Of a stretch of DNA of 64,000 bases, positions 1-11,995 are shown one piece after another. Positions within the stretch are counted from its first letter, which is position 1; each line of letters begins with the position of its first letter. The DNA is from Mobula hypostoma (Eukaryota). A program made the translations under genes and the position numbers. The DNA lies in contig NC_086097.1 in the NCBI RefSeq assembly GCF_963921235.1, positions 227,418,001 through 227,482,000 of the forward strand. Direction: 5' to 3'. The notes below the pieces were generated by a model. The model was not told the DNA's origin and did not search any database. It worked only from the letters and a program-made list of their open reading frames with translations.

Positions 1-376
1 TCTTTATGGATTTGTCAGTCTTGTGGACAACCAGGCAACAAGGTTTTACAGAAGGAAAAATAAACTTCCGCAATAGCACCTCCTGCATTTCTTTCAGCCA
101 ACAAACAACATGTACATGCAAAATCCTTTGATTCTTCAAGGGATACAGAGATATGAAGCTCGGTCAATTCTAATATGACAAAGCACAACTGCCTTTTCAG
201 TAAAACTCCCTGCTTCCTTTACAGTTGAATGTGTTCTTTCTGCAAGTTTGGTCATCGAATAAACCAGTCACCTTTCTAGGCTTTGCCCTTTAGTGTTGAC
301 ATGTATCATTTCTAAAAGCCATAGCTTTTCCAGTGGCGTATCATGCTACAGATGTCTATTAGATACTAGCTGCTCC

Positions 377-817
377 TTGTCTTACTAACCCATCCCTCCA
401 CTTCCTCATCCAGGTCATTTATAAAAATCATGAAGCGTAATGGTCCCAGAACAGATCCCTGAGGCACACCGCTAGTCACCGACCTCCATGCAGAATATGA
501 CCCGTCTACAATCATTCTTTGCCTTCTGTGGGCAAGCCAGTTCTGGATCCACAAAGCAAGGTTCCCTTGGATCCCATACCTCCTTACCACAGAGAGGCAG
601 GATTTATGAACATTTGGAGAGGCATAATATGATTAGGAGTAGTCAGCATGGCTTTGTCAAAGGCAGGTCATTCCTTACGAGCCTGATTAAATTTTTTGAG
701 GATGTGACTAAACACATTGATGAAGGTAGAGCAGTAGATGTAGTGTACAGGTATATGGATTTCAGCAAGGCATTTCACAAGGTACCTCATGCAAGGCTTA
801 TTGAGAAAGTAAGGAGG
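377..817. mobile_element. CR1-clade LINE ORF2 (RT) internal fragment with an inversion: 377-587 on -, 588-817 on +
   Basis: Minus ORF has [30 protein letters not shown]; plus ORF has SQHGFVKGRS.LT.LI.FFE.VT..DFSKAF.KVPH. These are adjacent parts of CR1 RT. Confidence 0.9.
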
Positions 818-2844
818 GACGCTTACTATTTCTCCTTTAGTGTTGTCAACAGTACAGCAATTTCACGTTTGTATTCACATTACTGCTAGAGGTGATAGCA
901 AAAATGGGCATTGCAGATGACTCTATTTAATGTTTCAAAAGCAGCAAGCAGGAACAGTTGGGTCATTCTGTACATCACAGTTCCAGAGGAAACATTGGAT
1001 TAGTCACTTGGCAAGACCCAATAAAAAGAGGTTAGGTTTAAGCAGAGTGGCCATTGTGTGAGTGGGCCAGTGTTAGAGGGGGGTTTAGGTTTAGGATTAA
1101 GAGGCTTAGGCAAGAACGGCTGAAGGCTGTTGGTAGATTTTCTCTTTTTAAATTTTCTTTCTTATTGCGCAGTTAGATCAGTGGGAATGCTTCTCAGGAT
1201 AGTGAAATCCTCCTGTTGCGAGATGTGGGACAGCAGGGAGATCTCCAGTGTCCAAATGACTACAGCTGCAGGAAGTGCACCCAACCGCGGCTTCTTAGTT
1301 ACCATGTTCAGGAATTGGAGCTGGAGCTGGATGAACTCTCAATCATTCAGGAGGCTGATGGGTTGATCAACAGGTGATACAGTGAGGTAGTTATATCCAA
1401 AGTGCAGTTCACAGGTAACTGGGCGATAGTCAGGAGGGGAACGGGAAAAGGGAGCTAATTCAGAGTATCCCTGTGGCTATTCTCCTCAACAACAGGTATA
1501 GCACTTGGGATACTGTTGAGGGGATCGCCTAGCAGAGGAAAGCCACAGCAGCCAGGTCTCTGGCACTGAGTGTGGCTCTGTGGCTCAGAAGGGAAGGGAT
1601 GAGAAGAGGCAAACTGTAGTGAAACATAAAACCAAAAGCTGTGGATGAACCATGGGGTACGTCATTTGCTGACAGCTAGATCTGTGGCACTTAAGTCTGG
1701 TGACCCAGGTCTGTCCAAGGTATGACTTGCGGAGGGCTATTTCAAGAGCAAGGATACAATTCCGAGCAAGGTTGGAGGCGACATTGGATGCATGTCAACT
1801 CTGGCAGGGCTTGCAAGACATTACTTCCTACCAAGCGAAACCCGATAGCATGAATGGCAGCGATGCTTCACTACCAGATGAACTCAACGCTTTCTATGCC
1901 TGCTTTGAAAGGGAAAATATAACTACAGCTGTGAAGATCCCTGCTGCACCCAGTGACCCTGTGATCTCTGTCTTAGAGGCCGATGTTGGCTGCCTTTAAG
2001 GATGGTGAATCTTGGGCCGCTGTACCTCCCTCTGCAATTGGATCCTTGACTTTCTAACTGGAAGACCACTACCTGTACCGATTGGTGATAATATCTCCTC
2101 CTCACTGACAGTCAGCACTGGTGTGTGCTTAACCCACTACTCTACTCCCTCTATACCCATGACTGTGTGGCTAGGTATAGCTCAAATGCCATCTATAAAG
2201 TTACTGATGATACAACTGCTGTTGGTAAAATCTCAGATGGAGATGATAGTGCATACAGGAGCAAGATATACCAGCTGGTTGAGTGATGTCACAGCAACAA
2301 TCTTGCACTCAATGTTAGTAAGATGAAAGAGTTGATTGTGGACTTCAGGAAAGATAAGATGAGGGAACCTAAACCAATTCTTATAGAGGGATTGGAAGTG
2401 GAGAGAGTGAGAAATTTAAAGTTCCTGCATGTCAAGATCTCTGAGGGTCTAACCTGATCCAATATATCGATGCAGTTATAAAGAAGGCATGACAGTGGCT
2501 ATATTTCATTAGGAGTTTGAAGAGATTCAGTTTGTTACTTAAAACACTTGAAAACTTCATTAGATGTACCATGGAGACCATTCTGACAGGCTGCATCACT
2601 GTCTGGTATGGGGATGGGGGCCTACTGCATAGGCCCAAACAGGAAGTTGTAAAATTAGTCAGCTCCATCTTTGGTACTGGCCTCCACAGAATCCAGGACA
2701 TCTTCAAGGAGTGGTGCCTCAAAAAGGCGATATACATTATTAAGGACCCCCATCCATTATTAAGGACCTCCATCACCCAGGGTATGCCCACTTCTCATTG
2801 TCACCATCAGAAATGGGGTACAGAAGCCTGAAGGCACACACTCT

Positions 2845-3070
2845 ATCATGCCCATGTCAATCCATACTCCCCCTTCTCCAGCCTTGTATCCCTTTTGCCA
2901 ATCAATTTCCCAGCTCTTGGCTTCATCCCTCCCCCTCCTGTCTTCTCCTATCATTTTGGGTCTCTCCCTCCCCTTCCCACTTTCAAATTTCTTACTATCC
3001 ATTAGTCCTGACGAAGGGTCTCGACCAGATGCTGCCTGGCCTGCTGCGTTCAACCAGCATTTTGTGTGAG
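2845..3070 (+). mobile_element. Penelope-like element pLTR fragment (hammerhead half-core AGTC-CTGACGA at 3004-3014, GAAA half deleted)
   Basis: Similar to 46770-47000, which follows a GIY-YIG ORF end. Confidence 0.8.
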
Positions 3071-3074
3071 TCAC

Positions 3075-4887
3075 TGGACCTTTTTTTGGCTCAAAATGAA
3101 ATGAACTGCTAGATTAAGAAAATCTTTTTCTGTGAAAGATAAGCTTCACGCACGTGACGTGATCAACACTAAAAGTCAAACTCAAGTTGCACGAGACCTC
3201 GGGATACCGGAATCAACATTTCGTGGCTGGAAATCACACGAAGAAAAGTTACGCGCATCACTTTGCAAAGTTGAAGAAGAAGCAGGACTTAAAGCCGAAC
3301 ACCTGAAGACAGCCGAAGATGTCAGCCTCGATGACTCCCTGTATGAGTGGTTCATTCAAGCTCGCTCAGAAAGCCTTCCAATTTCCGGTCCTATTCTCAA
3401 AGCTCAAGCCAAGAAGTTTGACAAGCAGATCAATGGAGAAACCTCACAGTTCAAAGCTAGCAATGGATGGCTAGGTCGGTTTAAACGCCGTCACGGGATT
3501 TTTCAACTGTTAGTGTCAGGAGAAATTGGCTGAGCCGACAGTGCCGCCGCCAGTGAATACCAGGCTGAACTAAAAGCTCGCTTAGAAGAAGGTGGCTACA
3601 TGGAAGAACAAGTGTACAACTATGATGAAACAGGCCTCTGCTACAAGATAATCCCAGACCGTATACTGGCCAGCAAAGATGACGCTCACTGACATGAGGT
3701 GTTCAAACAACGCAAGGATCACGTGACGTTGTTGTTTTGTGTAAACAAGATTGGAATACATAAGTTAAAACCACTCATGATTGCCAAATCTCGCTCACCC
3801 CGCTATGAAGTTGTTACCATTCGAGTACGTGTACAGCAGTAACGCTTGGATGACAAGTGTCATCTTTGAGGATTGGTTTCACAAAACCTTTGTCCCTGCC
3901 ATCTGCACTTATTTGCGTAAGCAAAAGCTAGAACCCAAAGCTCTTCTTTTGCTTGACAACTGTCCCGCTCATCTGCCAGCCGCCAACCTAGTAAGCCATG
4001 ACGGAAAGATCCGAGTTTCTTACCTCCCCAAGAACACTACATCCAAGATCCAGCCCCTAGATCAGGGGATCATTCCGTGTTCAAGCAGAATTACAGGCTG
4101 GAATTAATTCATAGAATTGTAGATGGCTCAACAAAGCTTGAAGCCTATCTGGAAAGCCTGAACGTGAAGGCAGTTTGCCACTTAGGTGGGAAGGCCTGGG
4201 CAGCAGTCAGCTCATCATGTGTAGAGAAATGCTGGGAGAAGATTCTGGGGCCAGCCTTTTCATCACGCCAATCCACCACAGAAGATGATGATGATGAGCC
4301 AGATTTGTACGGCTTCACAGAGGAAGATGTGCGTGAGGCAGAGAAGCTGTCTGAATGGAACAAAGAAGAGCTACACCAGTGGTACTCTGCCGATGACGAA
4401 TGCCCAACATATGAGCACGTGACAGACGCTGAGATCGTCCGTAACATAACTATAGCACCGGCAGAGGCAAGTGTACCGGTTCTCGAGCCACAAGAAGGTG
4501 ATAACGAAGAGCTTCCACCCCCACCCCCAAAAGTGTCTGAAGCTATTGAACACCTCGAGGCTAGCCTCCGTTGGCTGGAGACCCAGGAGGTGGACCACAT
4601 AAAAAGCCTCCAATTCAGAAGCATTCTAGATTTCGCTCGCAGCCAGTGACATGCTACGTTCAAGCAAGGAACACTCGGATCACTTTTTTAAGAAATAAAC
4701 TGTAAATGGTGATTGCTAATATTCTTGAATGTTTTTATTTGTTGTTTTGTGTATTAAAAAGCTTTACTAAAAATTAATTTGTGTTTTCAATTCTACAGTA
4801 ACAACAGCCCTGATTTAGCGCGACCCTACTTTTTTCGCGATGACATGTTATGGACCCAAACGATCGCGTTATAATGGGATTTCACTG
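3075..4887 (+). mobile_element. pogo/Tigger (Jerky/TIGD-like) DNA transposon with disrupted transposase; right end present, left end not found
   Basis: HTH (QVARDLGIPESTFRGWK), CENP-B-type HTH (LYEWFIQAR..PISGPILKAQA..FKASNGWLGRFKRRHGI), DDE_1 motifs YNYDETGL, LLLLDNCPAH, IQPLDQGII; terminus gcgttataatgggatttcactg ends at 4887. Confidence 0.93.
3132..4649 (+). pseudogene. Tigger/pogo transposase pseudogene (DD34D)
   Basis: Pieces 3132-3533, 3781-4107 and 4077-4649, broken by in-frame TGA (3531-3533, ~3690) and frameshifts; 34 residues lie between the 2nd and 3rd Asp. Confidence 0.9.
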
Positions 4888-7800
4888 TGTGTATATATGT
4901 ATATTCACAGTAATTGATTTACTTGGTTATAAATTTGTTTATTTTTCTGTCTATATTATCACGTATTGCATTGAACTGCTGCTAAAGTTAACAAATTTTA
5001 CAACACTTGCGGGTGATAAACCTGATTCTGATAGGGGACCCAATGGCTAGGGGAAATGACAAGAGTTCTGTGGACGAGAACGAGTTTCCCAGATGGTACT
5101 GTATGTTGCCTCCTGAGTGCCTGGCTCAGGGACATCTAGGATTGAGTTCCCAGCTTTCTTAAGTGGGAGAGTGGGCAACCAGAGGCCATAGTCATTGTCA
5201 CTACCAATAAAATGGTTAGAAAGGGTGATAAGGGCTTGCAAAGTCAGTTTAGGGAGTTAGATGCCAAGTTAAAGGACAGAACCTCCAGAGTCGTGATCTT
5301 AGTATTGCTACCTGTGCCACATGCTAGTGAGGCCAGAAATAAGAAGATCATACAGTTTAACATGTGGCTAAGGAGTTGGTGTATGAGGAAATGCTTCAGA
5401 TTTTTGGATCATTGGGCTCTCTTCCAGGGAAGATGAACTTGTACAAAAGGGATGGTTTGCACCTGTACTGGAGGAAATATCTCTAAGAGAAGGTTTGCTC
5501 ATGCTGCATGGTGGTCGTGGTGGTGATCAGGCATTTGAACTAGTGTTGCTGAATGATGGGAACCAGAGTGCCATAGTAGATAGTGCAGTGGTTGAGGGGA
5601 AAGATGTTGTTAAGCCTACGTACAAGATGTTGAGCATGGTAGGACTAATGTTCCAAATTGTATATATTTCAGTCCAAGTATCGTAGGAAAGGTGGATGAG
5701 CTTAGGGCATGGATCAGCATGCTGAATTATAACGTTGTGGCCATTAGTGAGACTTGGTTCAAAAGGGGCACAGTTGGCATCTTATTGTTCCAGGGTTCTG
5801 TTGTTTTAGACATGATCGAGTGGGTGGGATTAAAGGGTGGCATACTAGTCAGAGAAGATTGAACAGCAGTACTCAGAGAGGACAGGCTGAAGAGCTCAGC
5901 TACAGAAGCTATAAGGGTGGAACAGAAGAGTATGAAAGGTATGATTAAATTCATGGGGTTATATTATAGACTTCCCTATAGGTAGCAGGATTTACAGGAT
6001 CCAAGTTGTAGAGAGATCATAGACTGTTGTAAGATATATAAGATTGTGATAATAGGTGATTTTAACTTTCCAGAAATTGACTGGGATGTCCATACTGTAA
6101 AAGGGCTGGATAGGATAGTATTTGTCAAGTGTGTTTAGGAAGGTTTACTTAATCAATACATAGAGTTTCCAACTAGAGAGGGTATAATATTAGATCTCCA
6201 ATTAGGGAATGAGATGGAAGGTAACAGAAGCTTGTGCAGGGAATACCTTGTATCGGGTGATCATTATGTCATCAGTTTTAACATAACTATGGAGAAGGAT
6301 AGGTCTGATCCTTGGGATGAGATTCAAACTTGGGAATAAGCTAATTTTGATGGTATCAGAAAGGATCTAACAAGTATGGATTGCTGCAGGTTGTTCTCTG
6401 GCAAAGACATGCTTGATAAGTGGAAGGCCTTCAAAGATGACATTTTGAGACTACAGAGTTTGTATGTACCTGTCAAAATAGAAGGCAAGAATAACAGGTT
6501 TAGAGAACCTTGGTTTTCAAGAGATATCGAAGCCCTGGTTAAGAAGAATAAGGAGCTACATAGCAAGTACAGGCAGGCAGGAACAAATGAGGCACTTGAG
6601 GAGTGTAAGAAATACAAGAGAACACTTAAGAAAGATTTCAGGAGGATTAAAAGAAGGCATGATGTTGCTCTAGCAGACAATGCGAAGGAGAATCCCAATA
6701 GCTTCTACAGATATATTATGAACAAAAGGATAGCAGGGACAAAACTGATTCTCTTGCTGATCAGAATGGTCATCTATGCATGGAGCCGAAAGAAATAGGG
6801 GTGATCTTAAATGGATTTTTTCGTATCTGTATTTACTCAGGAGACAGACACAGAGTCTACAGACGTGGGGCAAAACAGCAGTGAGGTCATGGGCCATATA
6901 CAAATTACAGAGAAGGAGCTGTTTGCTGTCTTGAGGCAAATTCAAGTGCATAAATCTCAAAGGCCAGACATTGTGTTCCCTTGGATCTTGTTGAAGGCTA
7001 GTGCCGATATTGTAAGGGCCCTAGCAGAGATATTTAAAATATCTTTTGCGCTAAGTGAGGTGCCTGAGGATTGGAGGATCGCTAATGGTATTCCATTTTT
7101 TAAGAAAGGCTCTAAGAATAAGACAGGAAATTATAAGCCAGTGAGCTTGATATCACCAGTGGGTATATTATTGGAAGGTATTCTAAGGGACCAGATGTAT
7201 AAGTATTTGGACAGACAGAAACTGATTAGGGATAGTCAACATGGCATTATGCATGGTAGGTCATGTTTAACCAATCTTCTAGAGTTTTTAAAGGAAGAAA
7301 CCAAAAAAGCTGATGAAGGCCTAGTAGTGGATGTTGTCTACATGCACCTTAGTAAGGCATATGGCAAAGTCCTGCATGGGAGGATGTTCAAGAAGGTTCA
7401 GTCACTTCGCATTCAGGATGAGGTACCAAATTAGATTAGACAGTGGTGTTGTGTTTGCAGAAGCCAGAGAGTGGTAGTAGATGGTTGCTTCTCTGACTGG
7501 AGGCCTGCAACTAGTGTGCCAGAGTGATCGGTGCTGGGTCCATTGTTGTTTGTCATCTATATCAGTGACCTGGATGATAATGTAGTAAACTGGATCAGCA
7601 AATTTGCAGATGACATGAAGATCAGGGGTGTAGTAGACAGCAAGGAAAGCTATTAAGACTTGTAGCAGGATCTGAACCAGTGGGAAAATGGGCTGAAAAA
7701 TGGCAGATGGAATTTAATGCTGACAAATATGAGCTGTTGCACCTTGGGAGGACATACCAGGGTAGAGCATTAAGGAGTACAGTAGAACTAAGAGATCTGG

Positions 7801-8626
7801 GATTACAGATGCATAATTCCAAGAAAGCGGCATCATAGGTAGATGGGGTAGTAAAGAGTGCTTTTGTTACATTGACCTTAATAAATCCAAGTATTGAGTA
7901 CTGGAATTGAGATGTTGAGATGAAACAGGAGGCCTGATGTGGAGTATTGTGTGTATTGTGTGCAGTTCTGGTCATCTACCTACAGGAAAGATAATCAAAA
8001 GGAATGAAAGAATGTAGAGAAAATGTATAAGATGTTGCTAGGCCATAAAGACACAAGTTATAGGGAAAGGTTCTAGAGTGCAGGAGAATGAGGGGAGATT
8101 TGATAGAGGTACAGTATAAGCAATTATGGGGTGTATAGCTAGAGTAAATGCAAGCAGGTTTTTTTCCACTGAGGTTGGGTGAGACTAGAACTCGAGTTCA
8201 TGTTTTAAGGTTGAAAGCTGAAATGTTTAAAGGGAACATGAGGGGTCGTCTTCACTTAGAGGATGGTGAGAGTGTGGAACGAATTGCCAGCAGAAGTGGT
8301 GGATATGGGTTTGATTTCAATATTTTAGATTAATACGGATATTGGAATATCAATGGGAGGGATACAGGGGGCTTTGGGCTGGGTGCAGGTTGATGGGACT
8401 AGGCAGATTAATAGTTCGGCACGGATTAGATGAGATTTAAAGCCTGTTTCTGTGCTGTAGACTCCCTAAAATTTCATTCAACTCTCCAATATTTCATTTA
8501 AAAGTTCAAATGAGAATGATCCAGAGTAATGTAATTTGATGGTTTCAGTAAGAATCTTGCTTCTAATTAAATCTTTGTAACAAATGCATTTCTTAATGAT
8601 TACAATGTCACAATATTGTTTCACAG

Positions 8627-8720
8627 TTGTTTACAGGAAACCATTAAAGATTTGAATCAAGAATTGAAGAAGGTAAAAACTGAGATGGAAGAAAAGGAAA
8701 ACAAAACAGAACAATTAAAG
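8627..8720 (+). CDS. Host gene internal exon A (coiled-coil: CLQETIKDLNQELKKVKTEMEEKENKTEQLK); alternative acceptor possible at 8637
   Basis: tttcacag| acceptor, AAG|gtacgt donor, open E/K/Q/L-rich frame; ends in phase 0, matching the next exon. Confidence 0.85.
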
Positions 8721-8982
8721 GTACGTAAAGTATACAGTATTTCCATTGTGCAGTTTTAGCAGTAATTAATGTGATTTGAGCAGTAATTGATCTTATCCAA
8801 TTTCATATTCCATTCTGCCTTAAAATTCATAAAGTTGTGAACTTTTTGCATTTTCAGTGCCTTGTTTATTTTTATGATTAAACCTAATCTTTCCAGTTAA
8901 AAGGCACAAATTGTAAAATTATATCTATTTTTATTGTTTTAACAAAGAGTTTTGTTGTAGAAATTAAATATTGCTAGCATTC

Positions 8983-9174
8983 AATAACAGTAACACACAC
9001 AAAATGATGGAAAAACTCAGCAGGCCAGGCAGCATCTATGGAGAAAAGTACACTCAAGTTTTCGGCCTAAAACGTCGACTGTACTTTTTTCCATAGATGC
9101 TGCCTGGCCTGCTGAGATCCTCCAGCATTTTGCGTGTGTTACTCAGATTTTCAGCATCTACAGATTTTCTCGTT
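8983..9174. mobile_element. Fold-back Penelope pLTR-derived insertion in the intron between exons A and B
   Basis: Inverted arms ~8989-9065 / 9066-9143; flanking direct repeat tagcattc at 8975-8982 and 9175-9182. Confidence 0.85.
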
Positions 9175-9277
9175 TAGCATTCTGTAATTATTGTTTGTGT
9201 TTCCTTTATGTGTACAGTACTTGATAAACTTTAATAGTCAGAATACTCAATGAATATAATAGTGGTTCTTTTAATAG

Positions 9278-9348
9278 GCATTACAGAGTCATGGTGCCAG
9301 TCAACAAATACTGCCCAATCAACTCGGAAGTCAACTGAAGAATCAAGA
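9278..9348 (+). CDS. Host gene internal exon B (ALQSHGASQQILPNQLGSQLKNQ[E])
   Basis: ttcttttaatag| acceptor, GA|gtaagt donor; phase 0 to 2. Confidence 0.8.
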
Positions 9349-9620
9349 GTAAGTGATTATGTCATATCTACACTGAAATACCGTATCTTCTGCTACATTT
9401 CATTTGTTTATAAGTAATATTTTTTAGCATATTGGCAATTTCACTACACCCAATGAGCTTTAGCTAAGCTTTTCTGTTTCAGGAACATTCGGAATGAACC
9501 AAGAAAACTATATTTTAATATTTCTAAAAAGTAACTGAAAGTCAAAATGAAAGTCAGTTTTATTCAAGTTAAACATAATTAAAATTTGTTTTCTTTTATT
9601 GTGCTTTAGGATGGATTTAA

Positions 9621-11240
9621 ACATAGAAACATAGAAAATAGGTGCAGGAGTAGGCCATTCAGCCCTTCAAGTCTGTACCGCCATTCAGTATGATCATGGC
9701 TGATCATCCAACTCAGAACCCTGTACCTGCCTTCTCTCCATACCCCCTGATCCCTTTAGCCACAAGGGACCTATCTAGCTCCCTCTTAAATATAGCCAAT
9801 GAACTGGCTTCAACTGTTTACTGTGGCAGAGAATTCCACAGATTCAGCACTCTCTGTGTGAAGAAGTTTTTCCTCATCTCGGTCCTAAAAGACTTTCCCT
9901 TTATCCTTAAACTGTGACCCCTCGTTCTGGACTTCCCCAACATCAGGAATAATCTTCCTGCATCTAGCCTGTCCAATCCCTTTAGAATTTTATACATTTC
10001 AATAAGATCCCACCTCAATCTTCTAAATTCCAGCGAGTATAAGCCTAGTCGATCCAGTCTTTCATCATATGAAAGTCCTGCCATCCCAGGAATCAATCTG
10101 GCGAACCTTCTTTGTACTCCCTCTATGGCAAGAATGTCTTTCCTCAGATTAGGGGACCAAAACTGCAGGTGTGGTCTCACCAAGGCCTTGTACAACTGCA
10201 GTAGTACCTGCCTGCTCCTGTACTCGAATCCTCTTGCTATGAATGCCAGCATACCATTCGCCTTTTCCACTGCCTGCTGTACCTGCATGCCCACTTTCAA
10301 TGACTGGTGTACAATGACATCCAGGTCTCGTTGCACCTCCTCTTTTCCTAATCGGCCACCATTCAGATAATAATCTGTTTTCCTGTTCTTGCCACCAAAG
10401 TGGATAACCTCATATTTGTCCACATTAAATTGCATCTGCCATGAATTTGCCCACTCACCCAACCTATCCAAGTCACCCTGCATCCTCTTAGCATCCTCCT
10501 CACAGCTAACACTGCCTCCCAGCTTCGTGTCATCCGCAAACTTGGAGATGCTGCATTTAATTCCCTCGTCTAAGTCATTAATGTATATTGTAAACAACTG
10601 GGGTCCCAGCACTGAGCCTTGCGGTACCCCACTAGTCACTGCCTGCCATTCTGAAAAGGTCCCGTTTATTCCCACTCTTAGCTTTCTGTCTGCCAACCAA
10701 TTCTCTATCCACATCAATACCATACCCCCAATACCGTGTGCTTTAAGTTTGCACACTAATCTCCTGTGTGGGACCTTGTCAAAAGCCTTTTGAAAATCCA
10801 AATATACCACATCCACTGGTTCTCCCCTATCCACTCTACTAGTTACATCCTCAAAAAATTCTATGAGAATATCAGACATGATTTTCCTTTCACAAATCCA
10901 TGCTGACTTTGTCCAATGATTTCACCACTTTCCAAATGTGCTGTTATCACATCTTTGATAACTGACTCTAGCATTTTCCCCACCACCGATGTTAGGCTTA
11001 CCGGTCTGTAATTCCCCGGTTTCTCGCTCCCTCCTTTTTTAAAAAGTGGGGTTACATTAGCCACCCTCCAATCCTCAGGAACTAATCCAGAATCTAAAGG
11101 GTTTTGAAAAATTATCGCTAATGCATCCACTATTTCTTGGGCTACTTCCTTAAGCACTCTGGGATGCAGACCATCTGGCCCTGGGGATTTATCTGCCTTT
11201 AATCCCTTCAATTTACCTAACACCACTTCCCTACTAACAT
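9621..11240 (-). mobile_element. 5'-truncated, relatively young CR1-clade LINE (RT and 3' tail)
   Basis: 353-aa ORF with [32 protein letters not shown]; upstream piece has KSPGPDGLHPRVLKE; catagaaa repeats at the tail. Confidence 0.96.
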
Positions 11241-11774
11241 TTGGTTTACAACAATATAAATAAAGGTGAGCACCACGTGGCCTGTCTGAGGCAGCTGACT
11301 CTGTAATTGGAAATTCAATGCTGGCAATGTTGGCCCAGAGAGAGTGTTGAGGATGGGCTGCCAATCACTCCAATAGATTTGGAGTATTTACAGAGAGGGT
11401 ACTGGTGCTTTATGGATTACTGAAAATAGCATTTGTCTCTTGTTAGCAATGTTGGTATCTTTTATGCTTAAGTCATTGCTTTGTTGTAAGAAAAGATGCT
11501 TCACTGAAGAATTAAGTAACTGTTTAAACTGTTCAGTCAAGACATAAGAGATTGCAAATGTTGGAATCTGGAAAAAACAAAAAATCTGCTGGAGTACAGC
11601 AGTGTCTATGCATTGAACTGCTGGTGCTAAGTTAACAAATTTCGCGACACATGCTGGTGATAATAAACCTGATTCTGCAATTGCTAACATTTTGGATCTC
11701 TCCTCTGACCTTAAACCTATGGCCTCTAGTTATAGACTCCTCTGGCCTGGAAAAGATTCTAACATGGTATTAAT

Positions 11775-11995
11775 ACTCATTCATTTGTTCATTATGTGCC
11801 ATGTCGCATGATGTGGGCAATTATGGTCTTTCCATGACCATAATTGTTCTTACCAAATTTTTCTACAGAAATGGTTTGCCATTGCCTTCTTCTGGGCAGT
11901 GTCTTTACAAGACGGGTGCCTGACATCAGTGGTTGCATAACCAGGACTTGTGATATGCACCATCTGCTCATATGAACAGCCACCACCTGCTTCCT
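11775..11995 (-). mobile_element. RTE-related SINE-like fragment
   Basis: Minus strand has gaagaaggcaatggcaaacca, a motif typical of RTE/Bov-B-related SINEs, and a short (tgaa)-type tail. Confidence 0.5.

Larger units (their letters stand above)
1623..5031 (+). mobile_element. 5'-truncated, internally deleted Rex1/Babar-type LINE (body 1623-2843, 3' tail ~4888-5031) inserted in CR1 ORF1
   Basis: [54 protein letters not shown]; tail gttaacaaattt..gtgataaacctgattctga is shared with other copies in the window. Confidence 0.88.
1000..8460 (+). mobile_element. Near full-length decayed CR1-clade (HER1-like) LINE: ORF1 (Cys-rich/coiled-coil + SGNH esterase), ORF2 (APE-RT), 3' tail; interrupted at 1622/5031
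   Basis: ORF1: SCCEMWD, rejoined EKRQTVV|IGDPMARG, LYKRDGLHL near 5436-5465. ORF2: AISETW near 5740, IGDFNFP near 6050, VPEDWRIAN..FKKGSK..GNYKPVSL, SQHG, ISKFADD near 7595. Many stops and frameshifts. Confidence 0.9.

Noticed and set aside
4145..4663. 172-aa Ser-rich minus ORF and similar antisense ORFs over LINEs
   Set aside because: Shadow ORFs of transposase or RT coding strands.
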